Shown: piece by piece, positions 20,326 to 30,367 of the stretch
How the letters are laid out: each line of letters opens with the position of its first letter
Position numbering within the stretch: the first letter of the stretch is position 1
Program-made: the position numbers and the translations under genes
Assembly: GCA_965215885.1 (NCBI GenBank)
Contig: CBDCEW010000095.1
Span: 1-64,000, forward strand
DNA: 64,000 nucleotides
From: Candidatus Moanibacter sp.
GTDB lineage: Bacteria > Verrucomicrobiota > Verrucomicrobiia > Opitutales > UBA2987
Direction: 5' to 3'
Notes under the pieces: model-generated
The model's input: the letters and a program-made list of their open reading frames with translations, nothing else
What the model was told of the DNA's origin: nothing
Database searches by the model: none

Positions 20326-21444
20326 TCAGACCTGCCGTAATAAAATTGCTCGATAGAAGTTCTCCAGCTTCTCGATCGACTTATGCCATTCTAAATTCTG
20401 TACACGCGCATAACCGCCTCGGGCAATCGATTGTCGTAGCGCATCATTTCCCAATAGGTCTTCTACGGCGTCCACAATTGCATCTGGAGTGCTGGATTCG
20501 ATCCGATAGAATTCCTTACGGTGATCTAATCCTGCAGCGAATCCTGTCAGAGTAGCAGCCAGAGCACACCCACAAGCCATCCCTTCAGCACCTGCTAATC
20601 CGAAGCTTTCGTATTTCGAGGGTAATAGCAGAATTGAGATTTTTTGGTACGCCTCGATCAACGAGGATCGTTTCATAAAAGGTATAACCTCAATCCGCGA
20701 TGTCATTTTTTTCGGGAATATCTCGTCGGCCGCAAATTCCTTTTCAACTCCGACAAGAATCACTGTCAGTTTCGGGTGTCCTTCCAGAAGCTTGGGAATA
20801 GCCACCTCCATTGCTCTGGCCCCTTTGTTTCCTAGCCAGTGTCCGCAATATCCCAACACAGGCTTTCGGTCCAGATCGGGCTGAAGTCCAATGAACCTCT
20901 CTTCAAGCGCGTTTTCGATGACAAGGACTCGTTCATCCCTCTGATACTTAGATGCCAAAGCAAACTCTGCGTCGTAATTGCTAACCGTAACGAGCGCATC
21001 AGCCATTCGAAAGGCCTGTTTGAGCTGTTGCCAATCGTCCCAAATATGAGCGAATATCCTTGAAAAAAATGTTCTCACAACATCCTTGCAGGTTCCACAA
21101 ACCGCCCGGCGGTGCGTTTCTAACCCGTTTGAATGAGACACCAAGATTGGTCTGCGTTTCATCAACTTCCGGATTATCAGCGTAACAAACCAACTTTCTG
21201 CTCCGTAAAACTCAATCAGATCGTAACGACGCGTCAGAATTCTCCAAATCGCTAAGCACGTATATCCAGAAAATAGGCGAATCCGTTTAGCGAAATTTAG
21301 ATTTCGAAATAAAAGGTAATGTTCGGGACCAAAGAGATCTACTCGATGCCCTCGACACCGCATCCCTTCAACGAAACTGAGAACGATATATCCTGAGCCA
21401 AAAGAGGCATCCAAAGGAACGTTGCTTATTACGAGAATGAGCAA
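20326..21444 (-). CDS. Glycosyltransferase family 4
   Basis: PSKYESFGLAGAEGMACG. Confidence 0.9.
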   Translation of the reverse strand: MLILVISNVPLDASFGSGYIVLSFVEGMRCRGHRVDLFGPEHYLLFRNLNFAKRIRLFSGYTCLAIWRILTRRYDLIEFYGAESWFVTLIIRKLMKRRPILVSHSNGLETHRRAVCGTCKDVVRTFFSRIFAHIWDDWQQLKQAFRMADALVTVSNYDAEFALASKYQRDERVLVIENALEERFIGLQPDLDRKPVLGYCGHWLGNKGARAMEVAIPKLLEGHPKLTVILVGVEKEFAADEIFPKKMTSRIEVIPFMKRSSLIEAYQKISILLLPSKYESFGLAGAEGMACGCALAATLTGFAAGLDHRKEFYRIESSTPDAIVDAVEDLLGNDALRQSIARGGYARVQNLEWHKSIEKLENFYRAILLRQV

Positions 21445-21466
21445 TATTGAGGAGAGAATGGATAGC

Positions 21467-22261
21467 TCACGAAAGTTCGTAATCTAGGAGGGACATAAGT
21501 TCACCGTTCTCTGATTCGATCAGCGACAGTACGCTTTCGTTGATGCCATCTTTCCACTGACCCGCCCTACCCTTACGAAAAAACGTGACACCTGCAGTTT
21601 CTGAACCATATTCTTTTTCCAGCCTTCTCAAGTTCTCAAAGCTACTTCTCTCAAGGGCTCTTTCAACTTCGGCTTTAGAAGCTTTGATATCTAAGAAATC
21701 GACGATTCTAGATCCCATTTTCACTGGTTCGCTAATGGCATCTTCAAAGCAAATCAATTGAATCCTATCACGATATTTCATGCTGAAATCCAGAGCTTGC
21801 TTGGTATGTAACTTCCATGAAGTATAACGCCTGACTACTCTCGATGAAAGGAATTCCTCTAATGATCCTGTAAATTCCTCCCTTTCCAACGAGTAACAAT
21901 AATACGATATGAGAGCATCCCGTGGATCGCGATAGATATACACGACCCGAGGAAAAAGATAAAAGAGAGGATCGTGGCATTTTATGAAACGTCTCCCCTT
22001 CAAATTCCCAATTATCGCACGATGGTTGTAACAATCAGGTATAAAATTGTCCAAATTCCGAAAACTGATTTCAGTATTTGGATTTAACAAATTTGCCAGG
22101 AAAAATCTAATCCAAGTGTTTCCGGAACGCGGGTAAGACACTATAAATACATCGTCCACGTAAACACTGTTTATACCTAACACAAGACCAAGGTATCTTC
22201 TCTTCAGCGATTCCCACTTCGCCAACCTGAACAAAACATTATACCGATAGTAGAATTTCAC
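21467..22261 (-). CDS. PAPS-dependent sulfotransferase
   Basis: 5'-PSB SYPRSGNTW, 3'-PB YRDPRDALIS, C-terminal FFRKG..G.WK; start uncertain (ORF open to 22348). Confidence 0.9.
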   Translation of the reverse strand: MKFYYRYNVLFRLAKWESLKRRYLGLVLGINSVYVDDVFIVSYPRSGNTWIRFFLANLLNPNTEISFRNLDNFIPDCYNHRAIIGNLKGRRFIKCHDPLFYLFPRVVYIYRDPRDALISYYCYSLEREEFTGSLEEFLSSRVVRRYTSWKLHTKQALDFSMKYRDRIQLICFEDAISEPVKMGSRIVDFLDIKASKAEVERALERSSFENLRRLEKEYGSETAGVTFFRKGRAGQWKDGINESVLSLIESENGELMSLLDYELS

Positions 22262-22374
22262 GAGCGAAACTTCGATTGGAAGATCGCCAGAATATGAATC
22301 TTGGGGCAGGCCGGCCGCGGATGCCGGGCGATATTTACGCGGTGGCATGGATGGGTAGGTAAAAAATCCAGATA

Positions 22375-23121
22375 CTAAGTATCAAGAACTTTCGCAATCA
22401 CGGGCGAAATATCGTTACGGCTTAGAATCTGCGTCGCTCTGTACCGAATCAGTCGTCGGCTCTCAAAATCAGAACTCTGCTGAACGGCCTCCTGGGTTTT
22501 CTCAATGAGCGATTCAGCGTTGTCTGCCGAATACCTATATACTCCCGGTAACGAAAGAAGCGTGGAGGGAATAGTTGAAGTATCGGAAATGATTGCCGGT
22601 GTTCCTGTTAGCAGACTTTCAACCAAGGTCGTGTAACCTACCGGCTCTTCCTGCCCACTCGAAATCGGAATCCATACACAACGACTCTTAGCTAGAACAT
22701 CAATCACATCAGATTGATATCTCGGAGAGATACACTTTCGTTCACCATACCCGTCAGAAAACGCACCTCCAATTTTTAGCCAGGAATTGGTATCTTCCGT
22801 CGTAACCCACTTGAAGTTACTCGAAGAGAGGGCTCGCTCCACCGTTAATCGATCGCGTCCGGTCCTTCCAACAATAGCTACATCGAATTCATTGCTGAAG
22901 CGATCGCGATAGTAGTAATCTGGCGAAACCGGAATATGTTGCAGATAACTCTTATTGCTCCAATTCCGCTCTTGGCACGCGACCATTGCACTCTCCGTGA
23001 GACAAAAGATCCCAGAGCTTAATTCAAGCGACCTCTCCCACTTTTTCACCTCCCTGGATGTCCATACCCAAGTTATTATTTCAATTTCCATAGGTCTGTA
23101 TAATCGCGGATTGCACGACAC
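22375..23121 (-). CDS. Glycosyltransferase-like protein, probably N-terminally truncated
   Basis: IVGRTGRD..PVGYTTLVESLLTGTP resembles a GT-B C-domain; upstream ATG 23145 is followed by an early stop. Confidence 0.5.
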   Translation of the reverse strand: MSCNPRLYRPMEIEIITWVWTSREVKKWERSLELSSGIFCLTESAMVACQERNWSNKSYLQHIPVSPDYYYRDRFSNEFDVAIVGRTGRDRLTVERALSSSNFKWVTTEDTNSWLKIGGAFSDGYGERKCISPRYQSDVIDVLAKSRCVWIPISSGQEEPVGYTTLVESLLTGTPAIISDTSTIPSTLLSLPGVYRYSADNAESLIEKTQEAVQQSSDFESRRLIRYRATQILSRNDISPVIAKVLDT

Positions 23122-23149
23122 ACACTGAAACGGACTTCATCTCATTATC

Positions 23150-23218
23150 GCCCGACAAGTGCCTCCAAAATCAGAGGCAGAAGCGTTTCTGCGGGATCTG
23201 ATTCCGGCACCGTTGGAT
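23150..23218 (-). other. attC-like palindrome
   Basis: ATCCAAC..GTGCC..AATCAGA..GCAGAA-ACGC-TTCTGC..TCTGATT..GGCAC..GTCGGGC; 69 bp, just after stop 23233. Confidence 0.55.
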
Positions 23219-23232
23219 TTCCCCGTTGTAAT

Positions 23233-24276
23233 CTACTCTGCAATTAGATCGCGATACGCTTTCAGATGCTCCTTCGCCACTGTCCCCCAGGAGAGATTCT
23301 CTTCCGCAAACTTGCGGGCTCTGGTCGCTACCTCATTTCTCCACTCTTTTTCCTTGAGGTATTGTTCAATCAGATTCACCAGCCCGTCACAGTCATTACT
23401 CGGTGCCAGCGGAAATATGGTGCCGCCCCCATAGTCGCGGATACCGCCCACGTCGTTAGTTACGACCGGAAGACCACAGGCAATAGCTTCCACAACAGTG
23501 TTGTTCGCCCCTGAATCTTCAAATGGAGTAAAAAGTAGGAAACTCCTTCGATAAAGTTGAAGTAATTCCTCGTCAGTGAGGTTTTGATGCCAGCTAATAA
23601 CAGAGAGCCTGCGTAAGTCGCTTATCTCACTTTCCACGACATTCTTCGGGACGACAAAATCGAAGCGCACGAACGGATGTCTTTGTGAAATTCTCCCAAC
23701 GACCTCCTCGGTAAGCTGCCATTCTCGGAGAAACTTCCCGACAAATAAGATTCTTAAACCGAAATTTCCTTCCCTTCCTGGATTGAAAAACCGCGTATCA
23801 ACTCCGTGTCTGACAAACTTTACCCGTCCCTCGCCGACATATCGCTCGAAGAAGGAGATATCTCTACGGTAAAGCACTACTGCTGAGGTAAACCTCTTTA
23901 GGTCCTGTAGCATCGGGTCCCTCCATAGGCTGGCCGGATAGTGGATCGTCCCAATGAGATTTTTCGGGCCTTCTCCGATCGTTTTGAGAAGTGGCAGGTG
24001 TTCCTCGACATTTAAGATCACATTCGCATCGGAACTTCCACTTCTTTTTATCAACCGAAGAAATCGCCATGCCGCCTCTGAAAGCGACTGATCGCGCTTC
24101 GGCCAGTTATTGACTACGGAAAATATCTTTCCTTTAAGACGTGCCGTCCGCGTCCTTCTGTTGGCAAAGACTGTGACCGCAGAGGACTGCGCCTGTATTG
24201 CTCTGGGAATTTGCGTATAGTATCCTGAATGCGTGCCATACCAATCCGGTGGCTTGGTCAGGATGTTTACGTGCAT
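23233..24276 (-). CDS. Glycosyltransferase family 4
   Basis: HGVDT.FF.P, ANNTVVEAIACGLPVV..DVGG. Confidence 0.9.
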   Translation of the reverse strand: MHVNILTKPPDWYGTHSGYYTQIPRAIQAQSSAVTVFANRRTRTARLKGKIFSVVNNWPKRDQSLSEAAWRFLRLIKRSGSSDANVILNVEEHLPLLKTIGEGPKNLIGTIHYPASLWRDPMLQDLKRFTSAVVLYRRDISFFERYVGEGRVKFVRHGVDTRFFNPGREGNFGLRILFVGKFLREWQLTEEVVGRISQRHPFVRFDFVVPKNVVESEISDLRRLSVISWHQNLTDEELLQLYRRSFLLFTPFEDSGANNTVVEAIACGLPVVTNDVGGIRDYGGGTIFPLAPSNDCDGLVNLIEQYLKEKEWRNEVATRARKFAEENLSWGTVAKEHLKAYRDLIAE

Positions 24277-24501
24277 ACGCTTCCCATAACGGGATTGGAA
24301 TTCTACTAGACTCTTACACCCATCCTCTGAAGCAGATGGAATTTCTGAGCCTTCCTCTCCGCTCTTCTCCTCAGCCGCCTATAAAGCACTTTATCTCTCA
24401 CTGCAAAAATATTCCCGGAGGCGTCTTGATCCGTGAGAGATGAAGCGTCGGACGTGAATTTTCTCCAGAAAAAAGGGCCACTGTAACTGATTATTGGATA
24501 C

Positions 24502-25820
24502 CACTACTGTCCGGTTGTTTTTCTAGGAACGCAGGTTAATCGATTGATAACCAACATTTTACATATGATTTCTGCTGTTTTCGACTTGAAATTGCAAAAA
24601 GCCTTGTGGACTCTCAAAAATTTCGAGGGTCCAAATCATGTATACAGGTCGATTCGTTTTTTCTCAAATCATAGATTATCTTCCGCGCCATCAGTTCCAT
24701 CGTTGCGTCCAACGCTACGGAGGCGACTACAAAGTTCAAAAGTTCAGTTGCTTCGAACAATTTCTCTGCATGGGTTTTGCCGAGTTGACCTACCGGGAGA
24801 GTCTGCGCGACATCGAAACCTGCCTGCGGGCAGTACAACCAAAACTATACCACGCAGGGATTCGAAGCGGAGTATCCAAAAGCACGCTCGCCGATGCCAA
24901 CGAGAAACGAGACTGGCGCAGCTACGCCGACTTTGCACAGGTCCTCATCGCAATGGCTCGTCCTTTGTATTCAAACGAGGATCTGGGCATCGACCTGGAC
25001 AATACGCTCTACGCTCTGGACTCCACCACGATCGATCTATGTCTATCACTCTTCCCGTGGGCACGTTTCCGCAAGCACAAGGGGGCGGTGAAGGTCCATA
25101 CGCTTCTCGATCTCAGAGGCTCTATCCCTTATTTTATCGAGATTACCGATGGAAAAGTTCACGACGTAAACATTCTGGATCTCATCATCCCCGAGGCCGG
25201 TGCTTACTATGTAATGGACCGAGCCTATCTGCATTACGAGCGCCTCTATCGGATCGCACAATGCGGTTCTTTCTTCGTCACACGCGCCCGCCGCGGCTTT
25301 CAGTTTCGCCGCCTCTACTCTCAAAAGGTCGACAAATCAACCGGTCTGCGTTCGGACCAGACCGTTGCCCTGGTCAGCTTCTATCCTGCCAAGGCCTACC
25401 CCGAAAGACTCCGGCGTATCACTTACCTCGACCCCGACAGTTCCGAGCGCTTCGTGTTTCTCACCAACCAGTTTGCCCTCCCAGCCATAATCATCACCCA
25501 GATTTACCGTTTACGCTGGCAGATCGAATTGTTCTTCAAATGGATCAAACAGCACTTGCGCATCAAGAGCTTTTTCGGCACCTCCGAGAATGCTGTGAAG
25601 ACTCAAATCTGGATTGCCGTCAGCGTCTATGTGCTCATCGCCATCATCCGCAAACGCCTTCGCCTGGAGATCAGTTTGCACAAAATCCTACAGATTCTCA
25701 GCTTCACCCTATTTGAGAAAACTCCTATGACTGAACTACTTACAGAAACCGATTACACTTTCAATGAACACCGCATTCCTAAACAGTTGGAGTTGTTTGA
25801 CTTATAACCGGACAGTACTG
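24502..25820 (+). mobile_element. IS4-family insertion sequence
   Basis: TIRs CACTACTGTCCGGTT / AACCGGACAGTACTG; 9-bp target duplication ATTGGATAC at 24493-24501 and 25821-25829. Confidence 0.93.
24638..25807 (+). CDS. IS4-family transposase (DUF4372 + DDE)
   Basis: ALDSTTIDL, MDRAY, YRLRWQIELFFKWIKQHL. Confidence 0.95.
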   Translation: MYTGRFVFSQIIDYLPRHQFHRCVQRYGGDYKVQKFSCFEQFLCMGFAELTYRESLRDIETCLRAVQPKLYHAGIRSGVSKSTLADANEKRDWRSYADFAQVLIAMARPLYSNEDLGIDLDNTLYALDSTTIDLCLSLFPWARFRKHKGAVKVHTLLDLRGSIPYFIEITDGKVHDVNILDLIIPEAGAYYVMDRAYLHYERLYRIAQCGSFFVTRARRGFQFRRLYSQKVDKSTGLRSDQTVALVSFYPAKAYPERLRRITYLDPDSSERFVFLTNQFALPAIIITQIYRLRWQIELFFKWIKQHLRIKSFFGTSENAVKTQIWIAVSVYVLIAIIRKRLRLEISLHKILQILSFTLFEKTPMTELLTETDYTFNEHRIPKQLELFDL

Positions 25821-26489
25821 ATTGGATACCACTCCGAAATGAGTAGGCTGTATCCCTTCCCCGCTAAGTATTCAGTGATCTGGCTGAAAGCAGGAAGGCC
25901 TACAAGGGCCTTTTTTTCGTCGAATTCACAAAGGATAATTTCGGGCCTACAGGTATCCCAGGGAACCCCTCTAAGCACGTCCAAGTCATATCCTTCAGCA
26001 TCTATCTTAAGAAACGTAACTTCGCGTAAATCTTTCCCGGCGCAGAATACTTCAATGCTGACGGTGTCAACTTTGACCTCTCTGTATTCCCCATCGTCAA
26101 TCCTCCTGAGTCCACTTATGAAGGAATTGTCATGGTTGCAAAAAAAGCTGATAGCCCCCTGGCCAACCTCCGTAACCGCTGTCTGCCAGCAACTAACGTT
26201 CCCTGAATTTGAATACCTGTTTGATAGCTTCGAGAAATTCTGAGGATCGGGCTCAAAAGCATGAACTTTCCAACCCATCCCTGCAAAGGTGTCGAGGGAT
26301 TCGCCCCAGTGTGCTCCGATATCCAACATTACATTATCCGATTTACTTTTCCGAAATAGCTCAGCAATGATCTCCACCTCATCGATCTTTGCCAATTCGT
26401 GAATCCACCGTCGCAATAAGTTATACACCGTCCTTCCACAGCCGAATCTAAGAAGCTCTTTAAACGCCCTCATCCTGCTCTCGCGTACC

Positions 26490-26556
26490 GCCTAACTCCG
26501 TTTGAGCCAAAGCGATCTACCGAGCGTAGTGACATCCTCCAATATGCGTGCTAGAG
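26490..26556 (-). repeat. Intergenic repeat/attC-like site, copy 2
   Basis: Starts on the GT stop codon; ends in canonical core GTTAGGC about 17 nt before ATG 26473. Confidence 0.6.
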
Positions 26557-27600
26557 ATTCTCCTCCAAAACCTGCTTCCACTGTTCTCGCAGTCTTTTAG
26601 AAGAAAAAGTCTCTTCTGCCCACCGGCGATTTTCCCTCGATAAAGGCCCCATTTCGTTATCCGCACACCACTCGATTTTCGTAGCGAGATTGCTTAGATT
26701 GGGTAGGCGTAGATGCGCATGAGGTACCCATTGAGTCGGAAACGCCTTGCGCTTAAACAGTCTCTTGCTAACCAACATCTCAGGCTGACGAACGTAAGTG
26801 TTCATTGGGGGATAATCGAGAGTGACAGTTGGTAGGCCGCTGCACACCGCTTCCAACACCATAAATCCAATTCCTTCCATTTTTGATGGTTGTATGGCAA
26901 CGTCGCCAGTCAGATAGAGCTCCGACGGCTCTGCAAGATTACCAATTCGAACTTCAATTCCCTCATCCAACTCCGGTAGCACCGCTTCCCGTTGCGCCCT
27001 GACGACCAGCCGAATATCCTTCCTCTTCAACTTTCTAAACACCATTATGGTGTCTCGCGTTGCCTTTCTGTCTTGAGCGTCGACCAACCCAGCGTTGTGG
27101 ACAAATGTCCTCGCCGGCCCATCGACCACCCTCCGAGGCAATTTCGCCAGGTCGAGTGTCCAAGGCAAGTGTGCTGTGTTTTCATAGCCAAATCCACTCA
27201 CGATTTCCTCCGCGAAGCGCGAAGGGCACACAAAGAGATCACAATCACGCCAGCTATCAAGCCAACCTGTAAACCATTCCCATGTCGGGATGCAGACAGT
27301 CTTAATACCTAACGATCGACAGACACTCAAAAAGTGTCGGTTCCAATCAAATCGTTCGAAAAAGAAAACTCCCTGCAAATCGCGAAAGTCTGAGAAACAT
27401 TCCTCAACCTCTGCCCGAGTTGCTTCGCGGGCCAACGCTTTCTCGCCATCTCCTATCGGTGGCCTGTTCGCCATGTGATATGAATCGGCAATGACGTGCG
27501 CCCCACACCCCAGTACGACTTTCATGTCATCAGCCATGCGACCACAACCGGTGTTTTCCTTGGGAGCGAAAACAGCCCACTTCTCGAAGTCGATTCTCAT
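26551..27600 (-). CDS. Glycosyltransferase family 4
   Basis: FVCPS, QPSKMEGIGFMVLEA..GLP. Confidence 0.88.
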   Translation of the reverse strand: MRIDFEKWAVFAPKENTGCGRMADDMKVVLGCGAHVIADSYHMANRPPIGDGEKALAREATRAEVEECFSDFRDLQGVFFFERFDWNRHFLSVCRSLGIKTVCIPTWEWFTGWLDSWRDCDLFVCPSRFAEEIVSGFGYENTAHLPWTLDLAKLPRRVVDGPARTFVHNAGLVDAQDRKATRDTIMVFRKLKRKDIRLVVRAQREAVLPELDEGIEVRIGNLAEPSELYLTGDVAIQPSKMEGIGFMVLEAVCSGLPTVTLDYPPMNTYVRQPEMLVSKRLFKRKAFPTQWVPHAHLRLPNLSNLATKIEWCADNEMGPLSRENRRWAEETFSSKRLREQWKQVLEENL

Positions 27601-27653
27601 TTGAGAAGGCGTCCTGTTTCCCGCTCTAAGGGAAATCTACAGAATTCAATCAA

Positions 27654-27721
27654 CTTGAACGTCTGCCTTCGATGAGCGGAAATTCTCTCATGCTTCCGAA
27701 TTGCCCTTATCGTCGTTGGTT
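27654..27721 (-). other. attC-like palindrome
   Basis: AACCAAC..CGATAAG..CGGAA..TTCCG..CTCATCG..GAC-GTTCAAG; 68 bp between FkbM and GT4. Confidence 0.45.
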
Positions 27722-27745
27722 CCGACTACCGTCCAATTGAAGAAA

Positions 27746-28609
27746 TCAAGATTCACCGTAATCCGAGATCTTCCTCGTATTTTTCCCAAGGAAAAGACCG
27801 CACTCTACCTCTACCGATAACTTCAGTGGAGGCTTTCGAGTCTCTCGAATAATTTTAAAGCCGTTATCAACGATCATTTTCCTGATTCCCGTCACACGAT
27901 CTGAATCTCCGGGTTTTGCATGCCACTCAAGAAGCAGGTATACAGCTGACGAAATTACTCTTTTATAGGAATTCAGAAAGACGTCTTCCCCACCTTCAAT
28001 ATCGACTTTGATAAGATCATAAGGACCCGGCAAAATTGAATATATCTGATCCGCACTTAGGACAGGTACTACCACCCGCTTTCTGGAATCTTTTTCACGG
28101 CTTTCGGCAGATGAGGCCATGTATGCTCTTTCGTAGAAACCGGCGCTTCCACTTTCGGATCCTATCAGCCCATGTTCGAACGAAAAACTATCCTGAAGAC
28201 CATTATTTTGGATGAGTTTCTCAACCGCTACAGTTACGCGTCGATCTGCGTCAATAAGAAGAGCCCTTATTTCGTGTCGTTCACCTATTCCCCGCCCTTC
28301 AAAAATCTGCCAGGCAAGCCATAAAGAAAAGTAGCCGACATGACACCCGATATCCAGCCACCTATGAGGTATCGGGTCTATTTCTCTCAAGAATGGAGCA
28401 TACTCACCTTCTAAGAATATCTCGGAGAATGATTCAAATGAATCAAGATTGGAGATATTACAGGAAAAACCATGGCTCAGGGGAATGGAAATTTCGAGGT
28501 CAGAAAAATAATGACACTTCAAAATGAATGCAATACGCCTTCGGATCGGATCCAGTTTTAGCATCTGATTAAGAGGATATCTCAACGAGCGCTTTAACAA
28601 TGTGTGCAT
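27746..28609 (-). CDS. FkbM-family methyltransferase (intact)
   Basis: EIFLEGEY, LDIGCHVGYF, LIKVDIEGGE, LEWH. Confidence 0.88.
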   Translation of the reverse strand: MHTLLKRSLRYPLNQMLKLDPIRRRIAFILKCHYFSDLEISIPLSHGFSCNISNLDSFESFSEIFLEGEYAPFLREIDPIPHRWLDIGCHVGYFSLWLAWQIFEGRGIGERHEIRALLIDADRRVTVAVEKLIQNNGLQDSFSFEHGLIGSESGSAGFYERAYMASSAESREKDSRKRVVVPVLSADQIYSILPGPYDLIKVDIEGGEDVFLNSYKRVISSAVYLLLEWHAKPGDSDRVTGIRKMIVDNGFKIIRETRKPPLKLSVEVECGLFLGKNTRKISDYGES

Positions 28610-28611
28610 AC

Positions 28612-29079
28612 CTAATTTGCTTCGCCAGGAATCTTTCGAATAAGCCTTGCTGGTACTCCGGCATAAATCGCAAAGGGCATTACGTCGCCTTTTGTGACTG
28701 CCGCCGCCGCAACAACGGAGTGTTCACCTATCTCACAAGGTCCCAGGATCGTTGCATTGCTGCATATCCAAGCCCCCCGCCCTATAATGATGTCTCGTCC
28801 TTCCTTAGGAATACTATTCTTACGATCCTGCCCGAATACACTGAAATCGTGAGTTCCCGTTATTAACGAAACGCTATGTCCAAAAAATACGTCATCCTCT
28901 ACCACAATTGATCCTGATTTGGTATTGAATAACGCGTTATTCACAATTGCAGTTGGAGCAACCGTCAATCGAGCAGGATCGCCAAAAATAACTGGGCGGC
29001 TCTTCATCGATTCGTCAAAAAAGTCTGCTAAATAGCGCTTTAGAAACTTATCCAATAGGCGTCTATATCGCTGGTACAT
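28612..29079 (-). CDS. Hexapeptide-repeat acyltransferase
   Basis: ITGTHDF..IIIGRGAWI..AGVPARLIR. Confidence 0.88.
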   Translation of the reverse strand: MYQRYRRLLDKFLKRYLADFFDESMKSRPVIFGDPARLTVAPTAIVNNALFNTKSGSIVVEDDVFFGHSVSLITGTHDFSVFGQDRKNSIPKEGRDIIIGRGAWICSNATILGPCEIGEHSVVAAAAVTKGDVMPFAIYAGVPARLIRKIPGEAN

Positions 29080-29080
29080 G

Positions 29081-30367
29081 CTAACCGGCTACCTTGCCTA
29101 CCTTCCATTTAATCTTCGGCTTTATCACACCTGGAGTCTTCATCTTAAGTCTTCCTTGTGCTTCAAAATCCTCCACGGTAAAACCAAGACAGGACTCTAA
29201 GAGGATGACTTGATCGAAGTACGGTGGGTAATCAGCTCCAAACGTAACGGTGTAATCTCCGGAATTTAATATGCCGCTGGGAAATAGTACTTCAGAACAA
29301 TACAATCCCTTTTCTCTCTGCTCTTCCTCCTGGTAATCAAAATCGGTAGCTCCACATAACACCACTCCATCCTGATTCTTGAGAATAAATCCTATTCGCA
29401 GACCACTTTTCTGGATTTTAATCCTATACTCTAAAAAGAAACTGAAACATTTCGATGCATCCAGAGCCGACCTCTCTTCTCCCTTGTCATTACGTACCCC
29501 TGCTTTCACAAATTCCAGCTCCTCACACGCAAATCCAGCTTCTCCCTCCAGCTTTATCGTCGAGTTTCCCAACGAAGGAGCTTCAAGATGGAAGTCTATC
29601 GCACGGCTCATTTCTCCATCAAATTTCACTTCTCCGCGATCAAATACAACGCCACGTTGGCAAAACGAATGCAATGCTGCCATGTTGTGGCTCACAAAGA
29701 GCACTGTTCGACCTTCGTTCACGGAAACATCTTCCATCTTTCCAATGCATTTCCTCTGAAATTCGAAATCCCCAACGGCCAGGACTTCATCGACTAGCAG
29801 AATCTCAGGCTCGAGGTGTGCCGCCACGGCAAAAGCAAGCCTTACATACATCCCACTTGAATAACGCTTTACCGGGGTATCGATAAACTTCTCGAGGCCG
29901 GCGAAATCGACAATTTCATCGAACTTCCTCGCAATTTCATACTTCCGCATTCCGAGTATAGCCCCATTCAGGAATATGTTGTCGCGACCGGAAAGTTCCG
30001 GATGAAAGCCTGTGCCCACCTCGAGAAGACTGGCCACCCGACCCCGCAGGTCTACGTGGCCAACTGTCGGATCGGTGATGCGCGAAAGGATCTTGAGGAG
30101 AGTCGTCTTGCCCGCACCATTTCTCCCGATAACTCCCATGACCTCTCCTTTTTTCACTTCAAAGGATACATCTCGCAACGCCCACAGGACATCATCACCC
30201 GTCTCCTCAGGTTCGAAGTGTGTCAGTCTCCACAATCTCCGAAGATTCCGCACCGGAGCCGTCAAACCCCTCGTCAGCGCGCCCAATGCGGTGCGGCTTT
30301 TCGAATCCTGAAGGCCCAGACGATAGACCTTACCCAAATTCTCAACTCGGATCGCGATATCAGCCAT
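29081..30367 (-). CDS. wzt: Polysaccharide ABC exporter ATPase with C-terminal carbohydrate-binding domain
   Basis: [33 protein letters not shown], plus Wzt_C extension. Confidence 0.93.
   Translation of the reverse strand: MADIAIRVENLGKVYRLGLQDSKSRTALGALTRGLTAPVRNLRRLWRLTHFEPEETGDDVLWALRDVSFEVKKGEVMGVIGRNGAGKTTLLKILSRITDPTVGHVDLRGRVASLLEVGTGFHPELSGRDNIFLNGAILGMRKYEIARKFDEIVDFAGLEKFIDTPVKRYSSGMYVRLAFAVAAHLEPEILLVDEVLAVGDFEFQRKCIGKMEDVSVNEGRTVLFVSHNMAALHSFCQRGVVFDRGEVKFDGEMSRAIDFHLEAPSLGNSTIKLEGEAGFACEELEFVKAGVRNDKGEERSALDASKCFSFFLEYRIKIQKSGLRIGFILKNQDGVVLCGATDFDYQEEEQREKGLYCSEVLFPSGILNSGDYTVTFGADYPPYFDQVILLESCLGFTVEDFEAQGRLKMKTPGVIKPKIKWKVGKVAG

Larger units (their letters stand above)
24306..26473 (-). 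pseudogene. FkbM-family methyltransferase interrupted by IS4
   Basis: LDIGAH.G, FEPDP, LKIDAEGYD; removing the IS restores ..SEWYPIISYSGPFFW..GNIFAVR..RV* ending at 24306. Confidence 0.9.

Noticed and set aside
22286..22360. Additional attC-like site before the sulfotransferase (and a lone GTTATGG near 24284-24290)
   Set aside because: Both cores are degenerate and pairing is weak; too poor to count.
24544..25716. 390-aa alternate-frame ORF in IS4
   Set aside because: Shadow ORF of the transposase, with no recognisable motifs.
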